A DNA stretch of 64,000 nt from Hypanus sabinus. Lineage: Eukaryota. The DNA is taken from the NCBI RefSeq assembly GCF_030144855.1, contig NC_082732.1, forward strand, positions 30,690,001 through 30,754,000, written 5' to 3'. Positions 37,678 to 50,884 of this stretch are shown here, in pieces (the stretch's first letter is position 1; each line of letters starts with the position of its first letter). The notes beneath the pieces are model-generated. The model saw nothing but the letters and a program-made list of their open reading frames with translations. It ran no database searches and was not told where the DNA came from. The position numbers and the translations under genes are program-made.

Positions 37678-38904
37678 TACATATTTACCTTTGCCACTCC
37701 GTGCAATTCTGAGTTCATGTTGTGAATTGGAGTGGAAAAAGCAGACGGAGTAATGCTAAGGTGTTGTACTGCAAAGCAGCAACTCAAAGTTGTAGAGTTT
37801 GTAATATATAGTTTGATTGCAGTCTATCCCTGTTGGTATCAATAACAATGGACGAAAATTCCTGTTTGGAACAGTGTGATAGACGCAAGCCTCCTTTCTG
37901 TTCCAGTAAATTGAATTTTGCCTGAACAGAAATCAATTGTACTTCATGCTCTGACTCACTGGTGATCACAGCGAAGGCTGGCAGCACATAGTCCCCCACT
38001 GCCTTCTGTTGCCTTTCTGTCCCAAACCCTCACCTCTCCACCTCTTATCTAACTTTGCTTTTATTTGTTTCGATTGTGAAGCCTCAAGTGGCTGGCTGTA
38101 TCTCTCAGCACAGATCTATCTCATGTGCTTGACAACAGTGTAGTGCTGCTGGCCTTGTCAAGGTCACCGGATAGCTCTTCCTTCCATTAGCCTGCCTGCC
38201 TACAGTTTGGTCATTAACTGGTGGAAAACTGCAGCGTTCCAAACAACTTGTCTAACGTTTCAATCCTAATGACAGAAAGTTAAAAATTACCCTGCACAGA
38301 ACAACAGAAGCTAAAATTTATACCGCAGCTGTGGCATTTGACTGAAATGATTAACAAACAAATCACACTGGTGCCCAAGACATTAGGCACAGAAGCAGAT
38401 TTTAATGAATGTCTTAAAAGTCTGGGAAAGACAAGTGGAGAAATTTAAGCAGGAGATTCCAGTGCTTGAGGCCAAGATAACAGAATTCACGTAGGCCAGA
38501 GGTGGTATAATGCACAGTTCTCAAAGGGCTTCAGGAGCGAAGGAACATACTATGATTGGAGGTGCTGGAGAAGGGGATGGGATGAAGAGGAGGAAAAGAG
38601 ACAGGGGAGAAGTGGGAAGGGATTGGCAAAACCAAAGATAAATTTAAGCATTATGAGGAGGAATTTAAAATCGGAGGAAGAGGTCTGAAAATGGGATTCT
38701 CTGTTCTGAACTTATCCTATGTAAGCACAATGTACAAGCAGTACTCAAAGTTGAGTTTCTTGTCATATGCACAAGTGGATGCATAGCTGCAATGAAAAAC
38801 TTCACAGGCACATAGCATAATATAAGTAGCATTCACAGACAAACATGAATAATGCATAATTTTTTTTAAAAGAAAATACAATTTGTATCCTTCTGACGTC
38901 CAAG

Positions 38905-39110
38905 ATGCCGGCCAATGGTGCAGTAGCATCTGCTCCGGACGTCGAGGTGAGTGGTCCCGGCTTTGAATCCTGCCGGCCCCTTGCATACTTTCCATCCCTG
39001 CTGGTTTGAGAGTCGAGCTAGCAACTCAACTCATAAAAAACAGACAAAAAGTGCAAAAGAAACAGTAAGTTTGCTGCCTGAGACACTACAAGGTGCGGAA
39101 CGGAACAACT
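38905..39110 (+). mobile_element. tRNA-derived SINE, third family
   Basis: A-box-like tggtgcagtag and B-box-like tttgaatcc, then gagtcgagctagcaactc; CpG sites are retained. Confidence 0.6.
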
Positions 39111-39804
39111 GTGATGTCTAAAATATGAGGGATTAAGTTCAAACTCCTCTCTGGTAAATCGTTGGTTCTCTGTTGCTGAGGAAGTGCTGCATACTAGTTG
39201 GTGTTAAAGGTCTTGCAGAGAGTAGGCTGTTCACTTTTCCTCATCACTTGATATTCATCAAAATAAACCAATAGTTGTTCCTCTTATTGCTGTTTGCAGG
39301 ACATTATTGAGTTCTAAACAGCTGATATATTTTCATTTCAAAGGAAGGATGAAACCTTTGACAACGTGGCAACCCCTCAGTACAGCCATGTATGGTCAGT
39401 CTATATTCACTGAAGTACATGACCTGAGCTGAAGCCTGCCGATATTTAACTGGCACCAGAGGGCTACTAACTGATCCAAACTGACTTGAATAGGATGGGT
39501 TTATAGCAATATTTGACCCAGGGAACCAAATGTATGAATATAAAATATTTATTAAAGCAGGAAAAGAGAAATCAAAGATTAATGTACCAGTTTCACAGAA
39601 AATAATGGAGACTGATGATAACTTTTTAATTATGCATGAGCTCAAATCTTGTTCTGACCCAGTTGTACCAAGATGACTCCTTTTATTGTTCAAGTATTTG
39701 ATGTAACGCACAGAACTGACATTGCAAGGACATTGACTTGGAACCACTCCAGTTGTACCTGATAATCTGTCTATCTGAACCGAATCGTGTCGAGGTCTTT
39801 TTCA

Positions 39805-40070
39805 GGGCAGGCCAGTAACATAGTGGTTAGTGTAATGCTACTACAACGCTAGAGACCTGGGTTCAATTCTCGCCACTATCTCCAATGAGTTTCTATGTTC
39901 TCCCCGTGACCACATGGGTTTCCTTTGGGTGCTCCAGTTTCCTCCAGCATTCCAAAAATGCACGGGTTAATTTGTTAATTGGTCACATGAGTGTAATGGG
40001 GCGACACGGTAGGCCAGAAGGGCCTGTTACCATGCTAACTCTCAAAACAAAATAAAAAATAAAAATAAAA
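39805..40070 (+). mobile_element. V-SINE
   Basis: A/B boxes, tgttctccccgtgaccacatgggtttcc V-domain, and an A-rich tail. Confidence 0.88.
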
Positions 40071-40394
40071 CCTGCCAAACCAAAGATAACTTACACAGAG
40101 AGGAACTACACTTTAAAATAGTTCTTCAATATCTTTACATTCACCTGAAAAAGTAGCAGTGGCTTTGATTTAATATTTCTATCAGCTGCCTCATTTCTTA
40201 GACAACTATGGTGCTGTCTGTGGAAGACTGGAGAGCAGATATAGATACAGTAAAAACGGCAAGTCTTTTTGTAACGTATCTAGATGTTGGCATTAGTTGA
40301 CATCAGTTATGTTGTCTGATTCTGTGCTCTATAATAGGCTGGGTCATTAAACTGAGACCCCATCTGCCTCCTCAGGTGGACATATACTGTGTAG

Positions 40395-41110
40395 AGTTCT
40401 GTGGCATTGATAGGTGGATAAGGTAAAGGGCTGAAGAAGAAGGGATCTGATGGGAGAGGATGGTGGACCGTGGAATGAAGGGTTGGAAATGGAAACCAGA
40501 GGCCATGAGAGCGGGAAGGAGAAAAGAAGGAGTGGGAAAGACACCAGAATGGGGTAAAGGAAAAATAAAAGTTGAAGAGGAGGAGAAAGAAACAGCGGGG
40601 AGTGATTACCAGAATTAAGCAACTAGATATGGATAAAAGAGGAAAACGATGCATATCCAAGTTCTCCTCTACTCTCACGATGAGGACAAATACAACACCT
40701 CGTATTCCATCTGGGCTGTCTCCTACCTGATAGTGTAGATATCAATTTCTCTAACTTCTGGTAGCCACTCCTGTTTATCCTACCTCCTCACCTTCTTTTG
40801 TTATCCTCTATTCCATGGCCTCTGGCCCCTTCTCATCTCCTCCCCCAGCCTCATGACCTACCCATCATCCCCCTCTGTTTCCCCACCTCTTTCCCTTTAT
40901 TCTGTGATCCACTGTCCTCTGATCCGATTCCTTCTTCTTCAGTCCTTTACCTCTTCTACCTATCACCTTCCAGCTTCTCACATCACTCACTTTCTTTCTC
41001 CTCTCCCACCTACATATTCAGGCTTCCCTTCCAGTCTTGATGAAGGATCTCAGTCTGAAGCTTTGACTGTTTATTTCCCTCCTGACCTGCTGAGTTCCTC
41101 CATATTGTTG
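40395..41110. mobile_element. Penelope-like element with inverted halves, next to a DeuSINE relic
   Basis: Purine-rich minus half at ~40395-40640 and plus half at ~40660-41110 with a hammerhead remnant at 41032-41069. Deu motif ttaaactgagaccccatctgcctcctcaggtggaca lies just before. Confidence 0.8.
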
Positions 41111-41639
41111 GATCCCTTAATCTGGGAAGTCAGTAGTAAACCAGATTTGGGAAACATTAGGTACTTGAGGACCTATCTGCAACTCCATGGGTGACATTAT
41201 GAACTGTGCGTAAATAAATTACACTAACTAAAGACCCAAGTTGTATTGTGGACAATGTACTTTATCACATTAAGCAATTACATTTCATTTAAAATTAACT
41301 TCCAATGCACCCAAATAATTGCATCCTGTGAAAGAATTTGGAACCCATTACCTGGCTGCTATTGTATTATTGTTTGTGGGATTTTTTGCTTTTCACAGCT
41401 TCCATTAGTCACAAGCATTCCAACACTGGGTACATTTAAAAAGATTGTATTGGCTGTAAACTACCTTAGGATGCCATGATAAAGATCCATTAGAAATACC
41501 AGTTCATTTTTTCTTGCTTTCTTTGCTGCTCTGTATTTACAAACCACTTAAGCATAGAGACAATCCTGGAACAAATCTCACTTGGGTTTGAGGATCAGTT
41601 GGTTTCTTACTGTAGGAACAATGAAATCATAAAAGAGGT

Positions 41640-42160
41640 ATTTGTGAAGTAATTCTAGAAAGTGAGAAGGGAAGGAGTGAAGAGCTGGGAGGAGGATATT
41701 ATTCTGCCTCTTGAACCTGTTCCATTGTTTCATTAGATCAGGCTTTATCCTCGCTTCGATTCCATTTATCCATCGCAGTTTGTATCTCTTTAGTGACTTC
41801 ATGTTACAAAAATCTATCAGTCTCAGTTTTGAAATTTTCAACTAACCTTCCTAGCCTCAAGTGCTTTTGAAAGAGAGTTTTGCAGATTTGTTCTAAATTT
41901 TATATAAAATATCACCTGACAGCGCAGTTGAAGAGCCTGGCTTTACTTTTGAGGTAGGACCTTTATTCTGGATTCCCTGACCAGGAGGGAGCTTCTTTTT
42001 TTCTCCGTCTACCCTAATCATTAAATCATTAAGTCCTTAAATCATTAGACATCACAATAAGATCACCATGTAATCATCTGCACCCACAGGCCAAAGATAT
42101 TCCTGTGTAGGCTCTTCACATAATTTAACCCTTGCTTCATTTTGGTGATTCTTTGCGAAA
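41640..42160 (-). mobile_element. Old CR1 3' fragment
   Basis: Degenerate CR1 3' UTR and C-terminal motifs (aaaaatctatcagtctcagttttgaaa). Confidence 0.55.
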
Positions 42161-43130
42161 GAAGCAGCAGAGGGTCGTAAATTTAGTTGGATCCATCTTA
42201 GCTACTAGCCTAAAAAGTACCCAGGACATCTTCAAGGAACAGTGCCTCAGAAAGGCACCATACATTACTAAGGACCCAGAACATGCCTTTTCTTACTGTT
42301 ACCATCAGGAAGGAGGTACAGAAGCCTGAAGGCACACACTCAGTGATTCAGGAACACTTTCTTCCCTTCTGCCATCTGATCTTTGGATGGACATTGTATT
42401 GAATTGAATTGACTTTATTTCTTACATCCTTCACATACATGAGGAGTAAAAATCTTTATGTTACATCTCCATCTAAATGTGCAATGTGCAATCATAGTAA
42501 TTATAACAAATATTACAGTCAGCGTAACATATAAATACACTCAAATCAGCATGAGTTAAGCAGTCTGATGGCCTAGTAGAAAAAGCCCGTTGGTCCTGGC
42601 TTTGATGCTGCAGTACCTTCCCAGATGGTACATTGTGGTTGGGGTGACTCAGGTCCCCAATTTCACACCTGTCTTTGTAAAGGTCCTGAATCATGGGAAG
42701 TTCACAACTGCAGGTGCACTGGGCTGTCCACACCACTCTCTGCAGAATTGTGTGGTTAAGGGAGGTATAGTTCCCATACCAGGCAGTGATGCAGCCAGTC
42801 AGGATGCTCTCAATTGTGCCCCTGTAGAAAGCCCTTGGGATCTGGGGGCCTATATCAAACTTTCTCAACCATCTGAGCTGGTGTGTACAGACCAAGTGAG
42901 GTCCTTGGTGATGTCCATGCTAAGAAACTTAAAGCTCATGAACATCATCTCATCACTCTTTAAATTATTTTATTTCTGCATTACTCATTTAATTTAACTA
43001 TTTAATATATATACTTACTGTAATTCACAGTTTTGTCTATTATTATGTTTTGCATTGTACTGCTGCCATAAAGACAACAAATTTCATGATGTATGCCAAT
43101 GATATTAAAGCTGAATCTGATTCTGATTTT
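42160..43130. mobile_element. Rex1/Babar-type LINE (+) with a second copy (-) nested at ~42398-42937
   Basis: ORF 42473-42895 reads LRKFDIGPQIPRAFYRGTIESILTGCITAWYGN. The inner copy has an (AATTG)n tail; the outer tail is tgaatctgattctga. Confidence 0.88.
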
Positions 43131-44179
43131 TACAATATGACAGTGACTACATTTTAAGCAAACATATTTTATTGGTTATAATATGTTTTTGGGATACCCC
43201 GAGGTCATGAAAGGCATATTTTCATAATCATAATTCTTAAATTCCGTAATTTAAAACCCTTATCACAGTAATAGGCGCATCATCACAGAAAGACTGTGAA
43301 AGGAAGTGCATTCATGTCACGTGCATGAACATTAAATCACTCTTTGGGCTGCACTTTGTACTGCGCCTTCACTTTATATCCATCCTCAGCTTTCCCTTTT
43401 CTCTTCAAGGTGTTACTATTGATTAAAGCTTTGTGAAGGCTCGCCTATTGAAAATGTTAAATAATCAGAATTAGGTTTAGCAATAAATACCTCAGGCAGA
43501 AACAAATTCAAGTCATTCTTTTGAAATGATTCTGGAAGTGGTTTAAGATTGGTTTAACAAATGAGTTCAGCGTAGGAGTGTGGAGAGAGAGAGAGAAATC
43601 AATGTCAGCTTTCTTTTGATGCCTTTTGACTACAGTACTTGTGGCAGAATTGATCTGAATTTCTTCAGATGTCCCTTGAAACATCTATATTGACATTGGC
43701 CTTTCATTCTTCGAGATAAATGAGATAATCAAAGTACAAGAAATTCCAAGTCACTGAAAAGACAACAATAGTTGTACGTGGGGTAAGATAGGGAGAAATT
43801 TGAACAGCCTCCACTGGTTCTCAGTGGATGTGGACCCACAGAGCTTATCAACAAACTTCACTGAAACTGACAACTGGGTGTTTTATGAAAGAAATGAAGG
43901 ATGCCATCGGATACAATGTGGAAGCTGCATTTATGAACATGAAGCTGAGTTGCATTCTGGGGTCTGAACTGACAGTGTCTCATTTTATAAACATGAATTG
44001 GAAATACACTCCATCTTGAGCACTGAACACTCTTCAGTCATTAAAAACGGATTGTCAACTGCGCGCTGGTCAACTGGTACCTGCCTGATGCTTCCTAATG
44101 TTATTAATTTTAGTGGAGAACAGATGAGGTTGATAAAAATTTCTTCCAACTTTGATAATATTGTATATGACCACTGTTT

Positions 44180-44645
44180 ATTGTTCTACATACAAGATAT
44201 ACAAATATCGTAATTAGATCCTAACATGCAACTTAGTAGGTGTATGAGTTTTTTTTTATATGTAAGCCACCCAAACTCCTTGCTTAGATTCCAGCCTATA
44301 GCTCACAACTTGGCACCAATTTATATAGCGCCTAGACCCTTTGATAAAATTCTAGCCCCAAACTCATTCTTAGGGAACTTTTATTCCATATATAAATCAC
44401 CTGAGCCCCTCATTAGATTGTGGCCTATTGGCCTCAACCCTGTTGGTATTCTGTCTTTCTATGCAGAAGTTACCCGAGTTTCTCAATTAGATTACACTCC
44501 CAGGTCTGAGTTATTCTACATACAAAACCTAGATGGCTGCCACTAATGGTTATAAGTTATTCTATATTTAAACCACCTAAACCCCTTGATTAGATTTTAG
44601 CCTCTTATTGTCTCTTGGGTGCCCATTATTCTATATATAAACCAT
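44180..44645. repeat. Degenerate ~60-70-bp tandem array
   Basis: Recurring ttattctatatataaaccacctaaaccccttgattagatt-like unit, about 7-8 copies. Confidence 0.7.
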
Positions 44646-45149
44646 GAAAGCTTCAAACTTCAAAAATCTGATAAAATTTTAACACCTTGGCAACATCACC
44701 AAACAGCTTCAGACTATTTCAGGTTCAGAGGGAAAACATTGAAATGTTCTTTATAATTATTTTTTATTATTGATTCCTAATTTTGGAAGGAACTCTTGCT
44801 GTAGTGGTTGGAGGAAGAATGGGAATGACATGTCCCTCATCAAAACAACATCGTTCTCGCACTGGCTGTGTGAAAAATTCATTGCTTTGATTGATAAGAT
44901 CTCCTTGAATAATCAGAATGAGCAATTGTGGCACATGTCTGGAGATTTGTGATCTAAAAAGGGAGTTCTGTACTGCCCAGCCTGGCTCCTACAGAAAGTA
45001 TTAAATATTAAAATTGCAAGTGCTCTCAATTTGTGCTTGAATTGCAGACCTGTCAAGCTATGTGCTTCTGGCATCAATTGAATAAGTTTTTTTATGACTT
45101 TTTGTGTGAGCTTTGTGCTAGTCAAGGTTAGTAGTAGTGTTAATGATCA

Positions 45150-45490
45150 TAAATAGAATACCTTCCCTTGTAGGCATCAAGAGTTCAAAGGTCAGAGGTT
45201 GAGTAAATCACCTTCTTTCTTTCCTCTGCATTGAACTTTCTCAGGGCAGGTAGAACAAGAGTTACAGGTAGATATAGAATAAAGCTCTCGTACATTGTCC
45301 TATCAAAGAAATCCAGGACAGGTACAATAGTGGCTAGGTACAAGTAAAGTTTCCTTCGCACTCTCCCAGGGAAGATGTGTTGCAAGTTTGATACAGAATC
45401 AAGATCCACCATTGTATACAGTGAACTCTCACAGTCCCAACTCAGAAAGGTACTCTGCTTTTGCATTGCCCCTGAGATGGTACAAGTGAA
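45150..45490 (+). repeat. Degenerate ~60-65-bp tandem repeat
   Basis: Recurring agataYagagtaaagctc..tacattgtcctatcaaa...ccagggcaggtaca. A related fragment lies at ~26720-26825. Confidence 0.6.
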
Positions 45491-45749
45491 AATTTAAACT
45501 GAATGCACACTGTAGGTTGTAAACCATGCAGCACATTAACAGCTATAAAAAGAAGAACGTAAAACATGCCTGGCATTTTTTGTAACTTCTCACAACACAC
45601 TTAAATATTTCTACCCTTTATAGGAAATTTGGAAAACAGTCATTTTTGTGATGTGAAGAAGATGGCAACAAAATACAAAATGCAGACCCTTGATAATGTA
45701 TCGGGATAAAAATCTCCAGGACATTTCCACCAGACAATGAACATCTCCA

Positions 45750-46440
45750 TCAAACTAGAATTTAACCATCTCACTTTGGACATTTGATATCAATCCTATC
45801 ATCAAATTCATCGGAGTCAGCACTAATTGCAATTCTCAACTGGACCAGCCACTTAAGTACCATGACTACAAGAGTAGGTTATATCCTGTCCTATGATGAA
45901 TGGTTCATTCTTAAGAGCCATTGCAGTCTACATAACACAATTCAGAAATGCGATTGAATAAGCTGGGTAACTTCAGGTTCAACAACACTGAAGAACCTTA
46001 CCATCATCCAGGACAAAATGATGTTCTAGATTGGCAATTCATCCATCATCTTAAATATCTCTGCCCTCCGCCATCAGCAATCAGTGACTGCATTGTGTAC
46101 CATTTACAAGTTACAATTCAGCAACTCACTAAGGCTCTTCTGCCAGCATCTTCCAAAACCCAAAGACCTTACTACCAAGCAGGGCAAGTCAGTGAACCCA
46201 TACGAACTGCATCCAATTGCAGTTTTTTTGTTTAACACACTCTCTTAAATAGGAAATTCATTACTGTTCCTTCATTATCACTGGGTAGGGATTCTGGGAT
46301 TCTAAACCCAAGAACCCCTACCCAGTGCTACACTGGGACTTCACTCAGCATGAATTTGAGAAGGTGATTCACCACTACATTCTCAAGGGAAATTAATGAT
46401 GGCCATTAAGCATCAGCCTTGATAGTGGCACCCACATTGT
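45750..46440 (+). mobile_element. Ancient LINE 3' region (same family as 22330-24850)
   Basis: Shared motifs aactggaccagccac, cagcatcttccaaacc and caccactacattctcaagggaaatta. Confidence 0.65.
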
Positions 46441-49400
46441 GTAACTATAAGCAAAATCACCAAATGTAAATCTCCTCCTCTTTTTTATATAGTAAGTTGC
46501 AATCATTTCTCCATTTGGGAGGGAAGTGATTCTTCAAGTTATTCAAGACACCAACTCCAATACTGCAACAATTCATTAGAATTGTACTGAGTGTTTCAGC
46601 CTGGATCTTAATCTTACTCTCTCGAATGGGGTTTGAACCCACTGCTCGTCACCAGACCATGGAAAATTTAAGAGTCTGAACATTTTGGATAAGGTACTCT
46701 GCATCTGAGTGCCAAGCTTTAACTGTGGCCTTTAGGGTTCTGAAAATTCTAATATTTTTGTCAAATCACTGTGATGCTTTCAATAGGTACATCTTCTAGC
46801 CTTGTTGCTTTCATTGTTTTGGAACTCTCTATGGAAGCATAACATCTTCACCCAGTTAACTCCCTCATTTCAAGTCTCAATTGGCCTTGATAAAAAAAAA
46901 GCAATATGCTTTTTTGCTAACAACTCAAATGCTTTTTTTTGCATTATGCTAATACTCGATAAATTTGATGGACATGCTGGCAGTGTTTTGAATTGGTAAT
47001 AAAAGTGTGAGTAACTTGAGACCTCACCGGAGCATCTATCACTTCAATAATTGTCATCTTAATGAAAGTATTCTTGGTAGAAGCCAAATGGGAGTGTTTT
47101 AAATAACATCCAGATTTTTTATGCCTCCTAATGTGTTATCACACCATGACAGTAACAGAATGTGCCTTTTTTTAATATGACATATGTCACAAGATGTTAT
47201 GCTGTGATATGACATAATGTCACAGCAGAAACATGATCACTCCGTGCTTTTTTAAATTCCATCCCAACCCTGTTAAAGTAATTAACATAATTATACATGG
47301 AATAAAAATGGTCAAAGAACTGCATAATGTAACAAAGTGAAACAACACGCTGGGCACCTCTGTTAGATGAAGTTGATCTCTGCTGATGTAAAGGTTCCAT
47401 TTAATCTCATTCTGGTGGAACTTGGCAACAGGAGGGAGGTTCCTTCTGGGTTCAGCCGCTGATTGTCATGAGTGGAACAGGGCCATATAGTTGTTGGATG
47501 AGCTGGCTGATCTTGCCTGAAGCAGAATTTGCTTTCCTGCCGTTAGCCACAGTGCCCTTGAACATGGAAGAACAAAGTCAGGATTCTTGGAAGTACACCT
47601 CAACTATCCACTGATCTCTGCTAAAAAAAAAAAGAAGAAGAAATCAACCACATGATGGGAGAGATAGGATTGAGCTAATTTGTGTTATCTGATTGTTTAA
47701 ATGGACTTGTGGCACTTACTGTCTATCCACACACGTCAAGTTGAATGAGAGAAGTACCAGATCCTGGTCAACCGACCATATGATGAATGAGTGTAGTGCA
47801 AGGAGCCCTGTAAATGAATCCCTTCCCTTACCAATTAGTTTAGGAGAATTTATGTTAAGCATTATCTTCTTCATTTTTGGCAACCCTCTAAACTTCCCAA
47901 AATCAATAGTTTGAAAGGAGTTTTATCAAATTATCTTGTAAATACTTAAATTGCTATTGCTGAGAGATAATCTGAATAAACTTTTAGGAGTTGTTTCTGA
48001 GTTAGTTTTGTGGATAATGGAACTCTGTGATTATATAATGCCCAAGATTCTACAGTTCACATTGTACCAAGAAGCACACATTTGGGACTCTGGTGTATTG
48101 AGATCACAGTCCCCTGAGAGAGCAAGAAAGAACAAACTGTCTTATATCACACTGTTCCAGAGCTCAGCAGATCTCAAAGCATTTATATAATTGAAAAATG
48201 CTTAATAATATAGTTAGAAGTCTGAAATAAAAGCTGAAAATGTTGAAAACACACATCAGGTCAGGCAGCTTCTATGAAGCAAGAATTCAAATTAACATTT
48301 CAGATTGAGCACTCTTCAACAGAACAGAAATATTATTATTGTTATAACATAGGACAACTTATGAACATTTATAAAATGTTCCATCCGAGATGCCAGGTGA
48401 GTTTTGGTTTAATATCCCGGCCACCTCTCCTTCAGTGCCATACAAGCCTATGGAGTAAAGGTTTGATCTTCATGAGCCTCTAGCTCAGAAATATGAATAT
48501 TACTTCCCAGTAGCTCTTTTGTACAAGATACCGTTTCTTGTAGATGTACATGGTACCACTTCGTGTTGCAATATTTATTAATAATTTATTTGTCAATAGT
48601 GAAATTATCTTGGTCTCTACAGTGCAATCTTGGAACATGAAATGGTACCAGTGGTGTTTGTCCATAACCATCAAGCAAACTAAGGAGAAATATTTTCATT
48701 CGGTGATGAATTTATTGTCATGGATGATGAATTTACACATTTTTGGACATAAACTGGGAGTGGGCCATTGTGATTGAGAATATGCATCAGATTGTTGGCA
48801 CATGCACAAGGCCCAAGTGCTATAAAATGTGATGACTTTCTATATATACTGTAGTCGTAGGTGGAACAACAGTGTTCTAATGGGTCCAAAGCAATCATGA
48901 GCAACATGTTACACGTTTGCCTCATGGACAGTGTGCAGGAAAGTGAAAACCCCTTGATTGTTTACAAGTGCCCAGTAGAAAGAAAGTGAAAGGCCACTAT
49001 GTATAAGAGAGCAGGTGAGCTGCCACACCAGGAGCTTCCTCACACTGCTAATCGTCTGGGCTGTTAAATCTAGTTCATTTCTAAACATCTCCTGCTGCTT
49101 TCCCCTTTAAAGAAAGTATAAAAAACATTAAATTCTTAACCTGATTAATTTGGACTATGCTAGACACTTACCTACCAAGAGAGGTTTCAAATAAATTTAA
49201 CATGAAAAATGAGTAACAGAAAGAGCTTGGGAGCCAGCGGACAGTGATTGATAGCAAATTAAAATCTGTCTTCATAGTCAGTGGCTACAGTCTCCTCTTT
49301 GCAGCTTGTGAATCGACACAATTGGATGGATGTTCATGGTTGACAGGTACCAATTCCAAGTTAAATTGTGCATCTATTAGACAGGCAGTTTTAACATCAG

Positions 49401-50024
49401 ACAGTGATAGGAGCACACGATTTGCTAGGAGGCACATTGGACACAAATATTTCCTTTTATTAATTTAACTTACATCTCTCGTATCCTGAATTTACTTCTC
49501 TGTGTCTTTACTTAAAATTACCTCTCGACCCCTTGTACTTAATCCTTATCCCCATAGTGCACACAACTTTCAAATTGTACTCCCTTGAATGCTGTCCCAA
49601 TGGATCACGGTAAATTATTGAACTATTTAATCATACTTCAGTTACTGAAACCTAACTGGCACACAAAAGATAATTGCATTTCTATAATGCCTTTTGTAAC
49701 CCCAGAGTATCTCCAGTATTTTACTGCCAAATAATTGTTTTTGGTGTGTAAACACTGTTATCAAGAAGAGAACTCTACAACCATGACTCAATATGGAGAC
49801 ATCGAATGACCAAGCAGTCTGTTTTAGTGATTCTGCGTGACAATTAACTTTAATCACTATGGTAAGGAAGACACCTCTGTTCTGTGAAATAGTACAACAG
49901 ATTCAGATCAGATGAAGTCTCGGTGTTATTACCATACCCAAGACAAAGCAATATGTTCTCTCTGTTGCATGAGTGCTCTCCTGACTCAGCTGGCAGATTT
50001 GACACAATAACAATGTTGTAGTAT

Positions 50025-50405
50025 GCCCAGTATCACCAAAAGTATTTCCAACATCACAAACAGTTTGAGAATCCCAGCATCACTAACTTTGTGGGAATTT
50101 CAGCATTACCAACCTTGTGGGAATTTCCAACATCACCAACAGTGCAGGAATCTAAATGTAGTGCAGGATTTCCAGACTTGCTAACAGTGCACGATTCTCA
50201 TTGCTACGTGTGTGGAATTGCCGATGTTGCCAACAGTGTAAGGATCTGAACATCATGGACAATGTAGCATTTCCAGTTTTATTTATGTGCTGTTAAGTTT
50301 CTATGTTCTATATGTTCTATATAACATTTACACCAATGCAGGATTCCCAATATCAATAATACTAATGGATTTCCAACTTTATTTATATCAATCAGGATTC
50401 CCAAT
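50025..50405. repeat. Degenerate ~25-bp minisatellite
   Basis: Recurring ggaattYccaacatcaccaacagtgY unit, about 10 or more copies. Confidence 0.8.
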
Positions 50406-50884
50406 GTTTCATTGCAACTTAGTTCACCTCATGTGCACATCACAAAGCTTACCTGTGGAAAATTCAAAAGGTTTGTATTGAGCTAATAATGTTGCATTAT
50501 TCCCCACCTTAAATTTAGCACTCCTTTCATAGAGGAAGCTTTTGTCTGGCACCAGGCTACAGGCATTGTCTTTGCAATTCAGTTTGGAGCAGTCATTTCC
50601 AGTTCAAAACATAGGAGTCATAGGCAATATTCCTACTCATATTTTACTGCCTTTTGCACACTGGTTGAACACCCAAGTTGGTGGGGTTTTTCATTGATTC
50701 TGTTATGGTTATTATTATGGGTTTATTGAGGATGCTCACAAGAAAATGAATCTCAGGGTTATATATAGTGTCATATTTGTACTTTGATAATAAATTTACT
50801 TTGAACTTTTAGATAGATTAAGATAAGATTTTTGATTATCAGTTGGGGTGTAGGTGTTGGGCAAAGCAGTCTTTCATACTAATA

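Noticed and set aside
39304-39747. 147-aa minus-strand ORF
   Set aside because: Non-ATG start, overlaps a DeuSINE relic and has no protein-like motif.
44180-44645. CRISPR-like repeat-spacer appearance
   Set aside because: Repeats are highly degenerate, the context is vertebrate and there are no cas genes.
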